Shown: positions 17,682 to 26,400 of the stretch, piece by piece
Numbering within the stretch: the first letter of the stretch is position 1
How the letters are laid out: every line of letters begins with the position of its first letter
Source of the DNA: a virus
Lineage: Duplodnaviria > Caudoviricetes
IMG/VR virus record: IMGVR_UViG_3300011979_000363
Location: 24,775 to 88,774 of that record
Direction: 5' to 3' (one strand)
Length of the DNA stretch: 64,000 nt
The notes under the pieces: generated by a model
Told to the model about the DNA's origin: nothing
The model's input: the letters and a program-made list of their open reading frames with translations, nothing else
Databases searched by the model: none
Position numbers and translations under genes: made by a program

Positions 17682-18654
17682 AGGAAAAGTCATCAGTAAT
17701 GAAGCCAAGCTTACCACTTACGAAAAAAGTCTTTTTAACTATCATGTAAGAGGTAATTGGAATGCTAAGAGTGGCACTTATACACCTAAGGTTAGTGAGC
17801 GCAACATCTATCAAGGATCGAGCGTGAAACTTGCCAAGATGTATAGGCCTATGAGTCTTTTCCGAACAACAGTCAGAGACCGACAGACTGGTGTGGTCAC
17901 TAACTTGAAGACAAAAGTAACCACAAAAAGCGGACTTACACTTAAAATAAACAGAGTAAGCGGTACTGGCTACAATATGAAAGGCCGTGTTTCTCTCAAT
18001 GAATCATTCAGGGGTATGAGAGGAACAACAAGAGTTAATACTGGCTATAGAACAGAGATAAAAACAAGTAATAACTGGATAGCCACTCCTTCTAATGGTC
18101 AGCCAGTAAAATTAAAGCCACAAAGTGTTCAGATTGGCACTCAGAAGATAGATGGGAAACTCAATACTGTATTCGTAAAAGACCCATTAAGTACGATTGC
18201 CATGCAGCTTAAGATAGCAGCCTACAATTTACAGAAATCTATTGATTACTGGAAGAATGCTTTAGCTTATAGAGCCTTGAACATATTCCAGTCTTCATTT
18301 GATATGGGACGTTTCAACAGTGATGGCAGTAAGCCTTGGAAGAAGAACGCAAAATCGACTATTGCTAAACGAATATACAAAAACACATGGCCAGGTGCCG
18401 GAGGTCTGATGCTTGAGACTGGTTATCTAAGAGACACCCTAAAAGTAAAAGACGGAGCTGGGTTAAAACCTGCGGTTGTGTCTTCTACAGCCAGATATGC
18501 AGGCATTCACAACAACCCTGACGGTCTTACGTATGCCAATGGGACTCCAGTGACCCAGCGTCAGTTCATGGGACATTCATCGAACATTAATTTGTTCATT
18601 CTTCAATATCAGACGCAGTATCTTTTTGATTCTGTGTTCCTCGCACAAGTTTAA
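17671..18654 (+). CDS. virion morphogenesis protein (Mu gpG-like) with basic N-terminal extension
   Basis: C-terminal PW......T...L.ETG.LR..L...YA.IHN...VTQRQFMG. Confidence 0.7.
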   Translation: MLRKGKVISNEAKLTTYEKSLFNYHVRGNWNAKSGTYTPKVSERNIYQGSSVKLAKMYRPMSLFRTTVRDRQTGVVTNLKTKVTTKSGLTLKINRVSGTGYNMKGRVSLNESFRGMRGTTRVNTGYRTEIKTSNNWIATPSNGQPVKLKPQSVQIGTQKIDGKLNTVFVKDPLSTIAMQLKIAAYNLQKSIDYWKNALAYRALNIFQSSFDMGRFNSDGSKPWKKNAKSTIAKRIYKNTWPGAGGLMLETGYLRDTLKVKDGAGLKPAVVSSTARYAGIHNNPDGLTYANGTPVTQRQFMGHSSNINLFILQYQTQYLFDSVFLAQV

Positions 18655-18665
18655 TATTTTGGATT

Positions 18666-19454
18666 ATGATTATAGATAAGAAAAACGGACAAGTCGTCAG
18701 CGACAATAAACGCAATACAGAACCGCATGCTGATGTAAATGATACATCTATCGAGGTTCCTGAGCAGATAGAGGAAAATGGCGCTATTGCTGTTATCCAT
18801 GCTTTTATTGACATGCTCAAAATGGTGACATGGCAATATGGTGTTGAGAACAGTCCTAAAATTTTCAAGACAGTACAACGAGATGATGGGCAGTATGAGC
18901 GTATCATACGCCGTAATGTCGGCAATATGGAAGAGGGAATCGCCTTTCCAGCTGCCTTTGTACATCTTATTAATGTACATTGGAATGTAACTGCTCAAAG
19001 ATTTAATGAGGGCATGGCTGATGTCAGAATACGCTTTATCCTTAACCAGCTTGCTCCACATGATCCAGACCATGATACGGATGTCGAATATGTAGCTGAG
19101 AGAGTGCATCAAACCATTACAGAGCAGAAATATAACTATCCATGTCTTAATGAGCGTTGTGTTCTTCAATATGTCGATCCAATGGAAAGCTTTGATTATA
19201 GTCTGCAACCCTGTTGGATGACTTATAATATTAAGTTTACCACCACAAATATCTGGATAACAAGGAACAAAGTTAATCGTAGAATTGTCATTGCTCCATT
19301 CACCAACCATGCCGACCAAGACCAGACTGATCCTAAAAATAACTTGTTCGGTCATAATAATCTTAGCCATCAAGAAGACACCTATGACGTTCATACAGAC
19401 TATACCAATTACATTCCCAAGCAAAACACTGGGGAAGATGATGAAAATAAATGA
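18666..19454 (+). CDS. probable head-tail joining or tail-completion protein
   Basis: position in head module; IAFPAAFV motif. Confidence 0.5.
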   Translation: MIIDKKNGQVVSDNKRNTEPHADVNDTSIEVPEQIEENGAIAVIHAFIDMLKMVTWQYGVENSPKIFKTVQRDDGQYERIIRRNVGNMEEGIAFPAAFVHLINVHWNVTAQRFNEGMADVRIRFILNQLAPHDPDHDTDVEYVAERVHQTITEQKYNYPCLNERCVLQYVDPMESFDYSLQPCWMTYNIKFTTTNIWITRNKVNRRIVIAPFTNHADQDQTDPKNNLFGHNNLSHQEDTYDVHTDYTNYIPKQNTGEDDENK

Positions 19455-19522
19455 CATTAATTGTTAATTTATTAATTTTCAACCAGTTACATCAAATACT
19501 AAAATTGTAAAAAATATTTTTG

Positions 19523-19535
19523 ACTATTAATTATA
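19523..19535 (+). promoter_or_regulatory. ACTATT upstream motif before protease/capsid
   Basis: ACTATTAATTATA, 25 nt before the ATG. Confidence 0.55.
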
Positions 19536-19547
19536 AAAAGACACAAA

Positions 19548-20819
19548 ATGGACAAGAAGCTCAAGTACATTAAAGGAGCGGTAGAAGCTGGAAAACCTGC
19601 TGACATCTATTTTTACACAGACGTAGATGGATGGAACGCTGACAATTTTATCTATGACTTCAATTATCTCATAAAGAGTAATGTTTCTAAGATAAACATT
19701 CATATCAATTCTTGCGGTGGTAGTATCGTAGACGGTATCAGTGTCTTCAGTAGGATTCTTGATTGCAAGATTCCGACAGCTTGCTATGATGATGGATTAG
19801 CTGCATCTATGGGGTCTATTATCTGGGCTGCTGGCAGTGAGGTGTATATGAAAGACTATGCTCTCCTTATGATCCATAATCCTTTTTATGATACCACAGA
19901 TCCTGATAACAAATACAATCAGATGACGGAGGCTTTCAAGCAGCAGCTTAGTATCATTTATCAGAAACGTTTCAACATGGATGAGGATCAAGTTAAGGCG
20001 TTGATGGATGGCGAGGGTGATAATGATATGACGTTTCTTACCGCCTCTCAGGCTGTAGAGAGAGGTTTTATCAGTCAAAGCCATGTTATTGAGACTCCGC
20101 AGGCTATCCGTGACAAAGTAGCTGCTGTCGTAAAGGACGGTTTTGACTTGGCTAAAATCCGCAATGTAATGAACAGCATTGCTATAATCCCAACAACAGA
20201 CACCCCAGTTGGGGGACAAGTAGACAAAGTTGAGAATAAACAAGATAATAAACACTTAATTCAGAATCAAATGAACGAGAACGAAATCACAGTATTTGCA
20301 GCTCTTCTTGGTATCAAGAATGCAAATGTAGAGAATGTTTCGGCAAAGATTACTGATCTTAAAGCGAAAGCAGAGATGGTTGATAAGCTGAAAAATTCTC
20401 TCGACTCTATGACAAAAGAGCGTGACACTCTTAAGACAGAGCTTGCTGGCAGTAAGGCTTCAGTGGCCAATCTTACCGCAGATCTTAAGACCGCCAATGA
20501 CAAACTGAAAGATTATCAGGATGCAGAGGCTAAGGCACAAGAGCAGCGTATTGATGCGCTTGTTGACAATGCCATTGCTCTTTGCAAGATTGATAAAGCA
20601 GATCGTGAGACATGGCGTGAGCAGGCCAAGAATAATTTTGACCTGACCAAGAAAGTACTTGATTCTATCCCAGGTCGTAAGGAGCTGAGCAAGGAGATCG
20701 CCCATGACGATAATGAGAAAGCTAAGGACGCTCTTAAGACTGAGGAGGAGAAGATGGAAGAGAAAGTCAACAAGGTTGTCGGCAACAAATTCAAATTCCA
20801 CACATTCGACGAGCTGTAA
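19548..20819 (+). CDS. ClpP-like prohead protease fused to a coiled-coil scaffold
   Basis: HINSCGGSI.DG, GLAASMGS (Ser), LMIHNP (His); C-terminal helical region. Confidence 0.92.
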   Translation: MDKKLKYIKGAVEAGKPADIYFYTDVDGWNADNFIYDFNYLIKSNVSKINIHINSCGGSIVDGISVFSRILDCKIPTACYDDGLAASMGSIIWAAGSEVYMKDYALLMIHNPFYDTTDPDNKYNQMTEAFKQQLSIIYQKRFNMDEDQVKALMDGEGDNDMTFLTASQAVERGFISQSHVIETPQAIRDKVAAVVKDGFDLAKIRNVMNSIAIIPTTDTPVGGQVDKVENKQDNKHLIQNQMNENEITVFAALLGIKNANVENVSAKITDLKAKAEMVDKLKNSLDSMTKERDTLKTELAGSKASVANLTADLKTANDKLKDYQDAEAKAQEQRIDALVDNAIALCKIDKADRETWREQAKNNFDLTKKVLDSIPGRKELSKEIAHDDNEKAKDALKTEEEKMEEKVNKVVGNKFKFHTFDEL

Positions 20820-20857
20820 TAATACAATATTAATTGACAAATTAAACAATTTACAAT

Positions 20858-21907
20858 ATGGCATCATTTAGTTTTGGAGCTGGTCAGACCAATTACACTG
20901 GTGAGGTTCTTGAGGATCTTCTGACCTACATTTCAGAGGAGAATGAGACCTATCAGAACGGTCTTATTCATATTAAGCCGGGTATTCAGAAAAAGTACAC
21001 ACTTCCTCAGATCGGGCTTTCCAACATCATTCAGGATCATAAGGCCACTCCCGATTCAAGTCAGGGCGAGTATAAGTTTGCTGAGCGTTATCTGGAGCCT
21101 AACGACTTCATGGTCTATATCGAGTTCAATCCTCGCGACTTTGAAAAGTATTATCGTCCATTCCAGCCTACTGGAAATCTCGTGTTCCGTGAGCTGAATC
21201 CTATGGTTCAGGCTACTATGATTCGTCTGCTTCTTGAAGAGAAGAGTGAGTATATCAACCATGCAATCTGGTGTTCTGCACTTCCTGCTGATAAGGGCAA
21301 GACGACTGCTGCCGATGGCGCTAAGGACGTTGTTCTCGGTGCTAATGTTACCGCCGGCCCGATGAAGTACTTCAACGGCGCTCTTGAGCGTATGCTTATC
21401 AACGCCTCAGCTGCTGCCGACACGGAGGATGCTAAGAGTGGTAAGGTCATTATGGCTGGTTCAGGTGCATTTGCTGATGGTAAGGCTGTTGAGACAGAGC
21501 TGTATGCTATGTGGAAGGCTATGCCGCCTAAGGTTCGCAATAAGGCTGGTCTTGTGATTCTTATGGATTACTCCACATGGGATAAGTATGACGCATACCT
21601 TTCTGACAAGACTTATAAGTATAGCGACAACCGTGCTGAGAACGAGCACATGTTCCGTGGTAAGAAGATTATCCCGATGACTGCATTTCCTGAGAACACT
21701 ATCCTTATGGGTGCATTCACTACGGGTCGTGATTCTAACCTTTGGATGGGTGTTGACTATGCTAACGATGAGGACGTGCTTGTTGTTGATAAGCTTCAGG
21801 CCAACAGTGAGCTTTACTTCTTCAAGCTCTTGCTTAAGATGGACGTCAACATCGTGAAGCCTTCTGAGATCGTTGCGCACATTCCGTTTACTTACACGAA
21901 TGCTTAA
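20858..21907 (+). CDS. major capsid protein
   Basis: 349 aa directly after the protease, highly biased codons, followed by a strong hairpin. Confidence 0.8.
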   Translation: MASFSFGAGQTNYTGEVLEDLLTYISEENETYQNGLIHIKPGIQKKYTLPQIGLSNIIQDHKATPDSSQGEYKFAERYLEPNDFMVYIEFNPRDFEKYYRPFQPTGNLVFRELNPMVQATMIRLLLEEKSEYINHAIWCSALPADKGKTTAADGAKDVVLGANVTAGPMKYFNGALERMLINASAAADTEDAKSGKVIMAGSGAFADGKAVETELYAMWKAMPPKVRNKAGLVILMDYSTWDKYDAYLSDKTYKYSDNRAENEHMFRGKKIIPMTAFPENTILMGAFTTGRDSNLWMGVDYANDEDVLVVDKLQANSELYFFKLLLKMDVNIVKPSEIVAHIPFTYTNA

Positions 21908-21913
21908 TCATAT

Positions 21914-21940
21914 TAGAGTAGGGGTTTATTCCCTACTCTA
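21914..21940 (+). terminator. hairpin after capsid gene
   Basis: TAGAGTAGGG-gtttatt-CCCTACTCTA. Confidence 0.7.
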
Positions 21941-21955
21941 CTAAAATCAAAAAAT

Positions 21956-22249
21956 ATGGCAAGGACAAAAACAAATGTCGCTCAGCAAGCCACCAAAGAT
22001 GAAGCTGGTTCTAAAAATTCTCAGACAACTGAAACGGTAACTGAACAGAAGGAAACAAAGAAAGAAAAAGTCGTTTTGGTAGATGAGATTCAGCATTCAG
22101 AAAATCCGTCGTTGGTTGACAAGCTGATGCGTCTTTACCCTCAGTATAAAAAGATTTGGGTCACTCCAAATGGCTTTGTACATCCGGAGGGGGTGCCCGA
22201 ATACCTTACCAAAGGTGCGACACTATACGAAAACAAATATTATAAATAA
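21956..22249 (+). CDS. small virion-associated protein
   Basis: 97-aa ORF between capsid and sheath genes. Confidence 0.7.
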   Translation: MARTKTNVAQQATKDEAGSKNSQTTETVTEQKETKKEKVVLVDEIQHSENPSLVDKLMRLYPQYKKIWVTPNGFVHPEGVPEYLTKGATLYENKYYK

Positions 22250-22264
22250 TAAAACTCCATACAA

Positions 22265-23641
22265 ATGGCTAAAACAAGATTGGGTGGTGTTTTTACCACC
22301 GACATAGACGGAGGCATTCAGAGTACTTCTCTTATCAGTACTGAGAACGTTTGTGGTCTTATTTTTGACACTAAGATTGTAGGTGGATTTGCCAAAGCTT
22401 TTGCTGATGGCAGTACGGCCGCTAAGAACTTTGCCAATGGTAATGTCGTGGAGCTTAATACTGTTAAGGACGTTGATGCTGCTGGCATTGATGATAAGGT
22501 AATGGCTGGTCTTCCGCTTTACCACCTTAACATGTTCTTTAAGCTTACGGGCGGTGATGTGCGCCTTTTCGTTGCATTCATGGATTCTACAACGGACACT
22601 CAGTTTGAAGCAATTGAAAAGATGCAGCTTGCGGCTAACGGCATTATCTATCAGATTGGTGTCTGGACTGGTGAGCCTATCGCTACTCTCGATGAGGGAT
22701 CCAAGGCACTTAAAGTTGCTGATGACAGTCTTATTTCAAAGCTTGAATCTCAGGCAGAGGTTCTTGGTGGTAAGATTGGCGTAACCAACTATGAGGGCAA
22801 TGCTCCAGTCAATATTCTCCTGAATGCACCTATTGCTAATCAGGCTGTTATTGACTATAAGGCTCTTCCAGATATTAGCAATCTGAATGCGCCTAAGGTC
22901 TCTGTACTTATTGGTCAGGCTGCTACAGATACGGTACATGCCCTTCAGTTGGCTGTCAATAATGTAGCAGACACTGGTGGATACGCTATTGTCGGTAATA
23001 TCGGGGCTGCTCTTGCATGTCTCTCTATCGCTCCGGCTAATGAGAGCATTGCCCATGTTGCAAGCTTCAACCTTTCGGCCGCTATGACAGAGGCAGAGCT
23101 TGGTTTTGGCAACCTTACTCAGAATGAAAAGAAGTGGGCTGACGGCGTGAGCTTCAACAATATCAAGACGATTGGTTATCTTAAGCGTAATCAGTATCTC
23201 CATCAGAAGGGTTACATTTTCCTGACCAACTACGATGGCTTGGAGAACAGCATTTTCTTCTCTTCTGATCAGACCCTTACTGATGGTGACTATCGTACCA
23301 TTGCCCGTTGCCGAGTGATGCATAAGAGCCGTCGAGTGGTTCGTCAGGCACTGTTGCCTTATGTAAACAATGATGTTGAGGTAGATACCACTACTGGTTA
23401 TATCTCTGCCTCTGCCATCACTGCTTACCGCAATGTTGTTTATGACGCACTCGACACCAATATGGTAGAGCCTGGCACGACTAAACCTCAGATCAGTGGC
23501 CGTGTTTGTGAGATTGATCCTGCCCAGAAGATTTTGGAGAATGATGAGTTCCATATCAGCTACTCACTCGTTCCTCGTGGTCTCACGTCCGCAATCTTTG
23601 TCACGGAGGGCTTCACGTCCACGATTGCCTCTCAGTCATAA
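22265..23641 (+). CDS. contractile tail sheath protein 1 (DUF2586-like)
   Basis: 458 aa preceding the tube gene; KGYIFL..Y.G..NSIFFS.D and RVMHKSRRVVRQALLP. Confidence 0.8.
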   Translation: MAKTRLGGVFTTDIDGGIQSTSLISTENVCGLIFDTKIVGGFAKAFADGSTAAKNFANGNVVELNTVKDVDAAGIDDKVMAGLPLYHLNMFFKLTGGDVRLFVAFMDSTTDTQFEAIEKMQLAANGIIYQIGVWTGEPIATLDEGSKALKVADDSLISKLESQAEVLGGKIGVTNYEGNAPVNILLNAPIANQAVIDYKALPDISNLNAPKVSVLIGQAATDTVHALQLAVNNVADTGGYAIVGNIGAALACLSIAPANESIAHVASFNLSAAMTEAELGFGNLTQNEKKWADGVSFNNIKTIGYLKRNQYLHQKGYIFLTNYDGLENSIFFSSDQTLTDGDYRTIARCRVMHKSRRVVRQALLPYVNNDVEVDTTTGYISASAITAYRNVVYDALDTNMVEPGTTKPQISGRVCEIDPAQKILENDEFHISYSLVPRGLTSAIFVTEGFTSTIASQS

Positions 23642-23669
23642 ACATGTTTAATCAATAAAGAACAATAAT

Positions 23670-24167
23670 ATGGCGACAAAAATTAATAATGTCGATTATA
23701 GTTGGTCTATGATTCAGTTGCAGACCAACCTTGCCGGCGAGAGTGAGTCTGCACCTTTGTTCGTAGATTGTACTGCTATTTCTTGGAATGCCAACCGTAA
23801 GGTTGACAAGATCTATGGTCTCGGCGGTCAGCAACGCAAGCGTGGTTTCGGTAATGTGACCTATGAGGCAAGTATTACGCTTCCTTATGGTACACAGGTC
23901 ATGCTCCGTGATAAGTCGAGCAACGGAACACTTCTTGGCTTGGGCGAGTTTAACCTTATCGTCAGCTGGGTTAATGACCTTGCTCAGGATGTAACCAAAG
24001 AGACTGTTACTTTGGCTGGATGCTTGCTGACAAAGGATGGTATGAATGCCAAGCAGGATGATACGTCACTTCCTCAGGAGTTTGACCTCAACCCGTTCCG
24101 TATTTATACACCGAAATCTCAGGCTCTTTCTGCGAACCAGTGGAGCTTCGAGCTTTTCTCTCATTAA
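23670..24167 (+). CDS. tail tube protein
   Basis: YSWSMI, IYGLGGQ...RGFGN..YEASITL; position after sheath. Confidence 0.8.
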   Translation: MATKINNVDYSWSMIQLQTNLAGESESAPLFVDCTAISWNANRKVDKIYGLGGQQRKRGFGNVTYEASITLPYGTQVMLRDKSSNGTLLGLGEFNLIVSWVNDLAQDVTKETVTLAGCLLTKDGMNAKQDDTSLPQEFDLNPFRIYTPKSQALSANQWSFELFSH

Positions 24168-24216
24168 GCAACGATTTGTTGTTTGTCTCGATCATACTTT
24201 TTTGATAAGTTTGAGG

Positions 24217-24245
24217 GGTACTTCCTATATGGGAGTACCTTTTTT
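24217..24245 (+). terminator. intrinsic terminator
   Basis: GGTACTTCC-tatat-GGGAGTACC-TTTTTT. Confidence 0.85.
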
Positions 24246-24313
24246 CGTGAATGTACTATTATATTAAAGAACAATATAATACTTCATAACAAACAACAAA
24301 TAGAATTATTACA

Positions 24314-24814
24314 ATGGAACAAGTTTTGAATCCGACAAACGGCGTACAGCCAGAGCAGAACGCAAGTAAGCCTACGACTGGCGGTATAAATTTCTCAAAC
24401 CTCTCAGAAGCTGATAATGCTTCTAAGACACTCGCTAATGACAATGCAGAAATTCAGTCAGATGGTGTTGAGCTTTCTGATGATGTCCGTGCTGCTATTT
24501 CTCAGAAGATTGCTTCTCTTAAGGCTGAGAAGAAAGTCAAGCGAGTGTTCGTTATCGTAGTGCAGGGCGATACTGAGGTAGGTGAGCTTCCTTATTACAT
24601 TGGCTATTTCCGTCGTCCCAATCTTATGGAGTTCTCTCAGTACATGAGCTTTATCCAGAAGGACGCAGTGCAGGCCAATCAGATGTTGGCTACTCAGATT
24701 TTCCTTGATGGCAATCGTGAGCTTGTTGACGATCAGGATATTTTCTTGTACGGCACTATGCAGCAGCTTGGCCACGTCATTGATACACGTAATACGGAGC
24801 TGGTAAAAAAATAG
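24314..24814 (+). CDS. tail assembly chaperone (G-like)
   Basis: 166 aa after the tube gene; ends GTA AAA AAA TAG. Confidence 0.75.
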   Translation: MEQVLNPTNGVQPEQNASKPTTGGINFSNLSEADNASKTLANDNAEIQSDGVELSDDVRAAISQKIASLKAEKKVKRVFVIVVQGDTEVGELPYYIGYFRRPNLMEFSQYMSFIQKDAVQANQMLATQIFLDGNRELVDDQDIFLYGTMQQLGHVIDTRNTELVKK

Positions 24815-25014
24815 AGCGTTGTCATGTCGGTAAAGAGGATTATTACAGACAACGCTTAGCGCTTACCGCTTACTATTATCCTTGGTTAGACTGGAAGAAT
24901 GGCGACATTTCAGATGATGAATTTGTCTTTTGGAGTGAAAACGCCTACTGGGTACACTCCCAGATGCTGATGGTTCAGCAAGCGAACAGTCTAAGTCTGT
25001 TAGGCGGTAAATAA
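24805..25014 (+). CDS. -1 frameshift extension of the chaperone (GT-like)
   Basis: A AAA AAA slippery run 24805-11; -1 frame reads IERCHVGKEDYYRQRLALTAYYYPWLDW...GGK to TAA at 25012-14. Confidence 0.8.
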   Translation, partial: KKIERCHVGKEDYYRQRLALTAYYYPWLDWKNGDISDDEFVFWSENAYWVHSQMLMVQQANSLSLLGGK

Positions 25015-25026
25015 GCATGCTTATAG

Positions 25027-25063
25027 GGGATTGTATGGGAAACCATGCAATCCCTTATTTTTT
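25027..25063 (+). terminator. intrinsic terminator
   Basis: GGGATTGTATGG-GAAA-CCATGCAATCCC followed by a T-rich tract. Confidence 0.85.
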
Positions 25064-25089
25064 ACTATTATAAATAAAAAGTCAAAAAT

Positions 25090-26379
25090 ATGTCACAAGT
25101 AGGATTAGGTTACATTACCACTAATACTTTCAGTCCACAAAACGTCAACTTCCTGCTCCCAATGGATGAGAGCGTATGTGGTATGTTGTTCGATTTATCG
25201 GGATTCAACAAACCATTTGAAGATTATTATGCTGTCAGACAATTCTTTGGCAATGGTGAGACACAATGCGTTCACAACATGGAAGAAGCTGAGAATTGTG
25301 GTTTGTGGAAGAATGATTTTATGAATGGTGTTCCTTATTATCATGTCAAAGCATTCTATGATTATGTAGGCAAAGACACGCCACTATACATTAAGTTTGC
25401 AGACTGTAGTAAGAATTTCGATGCCATTGAAGAAATGCAGTCGCAGGCCAATGGCAAAATGTTCCAGATTGGCGTATGGACAGCCCAACCATTATGGACT
25501 ATAGTTAATGGAAAGGCCATGGTATTTTCTGATCTATGCTCCAATGTTGAGATAGCCGCAGAGCTGTTAACTGGCAAGATTGGAGGGCAGCAAGCAAGCA
25601 GCACTCATATTTCTCCAGCCAGTGTTTTACTTTGCCCCAATACTTACTTCAAAAATGCAGGGCTGACATTGTTCAATGTTCCAAACGGCTTAACACTCAA
25701 TATGCCAAAGCTGTCAGTATGCTTAGTGCAAGATGGTACGGATGAGGTACACACTATGCAATTGAAGAATCCAAACCATGCTCCAGTAGGCTGTTTAGGC
25801 ATTCTTATGGCTTGTTGTTGCTTGGCTTATGCTGAGGAAAGCATTGGCTACGTTGCTAAGTTCAACCTCAATAAGAATGACCAGTTTGATAAAGCTGAGG
25901 TATGGTTCGGTGAGGGGGCTATCAGTGTTAAGAGCATGAATTATGCTAAGAACTATGCTGCGAGCAAAGGTTATATCGTGCCCACTGAATATAACGGGAA
26001 AGAAGCAGAAGTGTTTTTTGCCGGCGACCCTACATTCAGTAAAGGAGACTATTATAGTCTTTCCAATAATCGTATTATGCATAAGGTAAGAAGAGCTGTT
26101 CAAAGCGCCTTGTTACCATATATTAATGGTAATTTAGAGATTGATCCATCTACAGGAATGCTTTCAGCAACCTCCAACACTATTCTTACACAAGCTGTCA
26201 TATCTATGCTTGATACGGCTATGGTGAATGTAGATCATCAATCCCAGTTGGCTGGCAGATCCGTATCGTTTGGGAATAGTTATGATATTTTGAACACTGA
26301 TGAGATAAGTATGACTCTCAGCGTTCAGCCAGTCAATTATAGTAATGTGATCAATGAGAAAGATAGCATAAACTTCTAA
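25090..26379 (+). CDS. second sheath-like paralogue (DUF2586-like)
   Basis: colinear motifs shared with 22265-23641: CGMLFD, F.AIE.MQ..ANG...QIGVWT..P, KGYI...Y.G, R.MHK.RR.V..ALLPY.N. Confidence 0.8.
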   Translation: MSQVGLGYITTNTFSPQNVNFLLPMDESVCGMLFDLSGFNKPFEDYYAVRQFFGNGETQCVHNMEEAENCGLWKNDFMNGVPYYHVKAFYDYVGKDTPLYIKFADCSKNFDAIEEMQSQANGKMFQIGVWTAQPLWTIVNGKAMVFSDLCSNVEIAAELLTGKIGGQQASSTHISPASVLLCPNTYFKNAGLTLFNVPNGLTLNMPKLSVCLVQDGTDEVHTMQLKNPNHAPVGCLGILMACCCLAYAEESIGYVAKFNLNKNDQFDKAEVWFGEGAISVKSMNYAKNYAASKGYIVPTEYNGKEAEVFFAGDPTFSKGDYYSLSNNRIMHKVRRAVQSALLPYINGNLEIDPSTGMLSATSNTILTQAVISMLDTAMVNVDHQSQLAGRSVSFGNSYDILNTDEISMTLSVQPVNYSNVINEKDSINF

Positions 26380-26400
26380 TATCAATATTAAAAATACATT

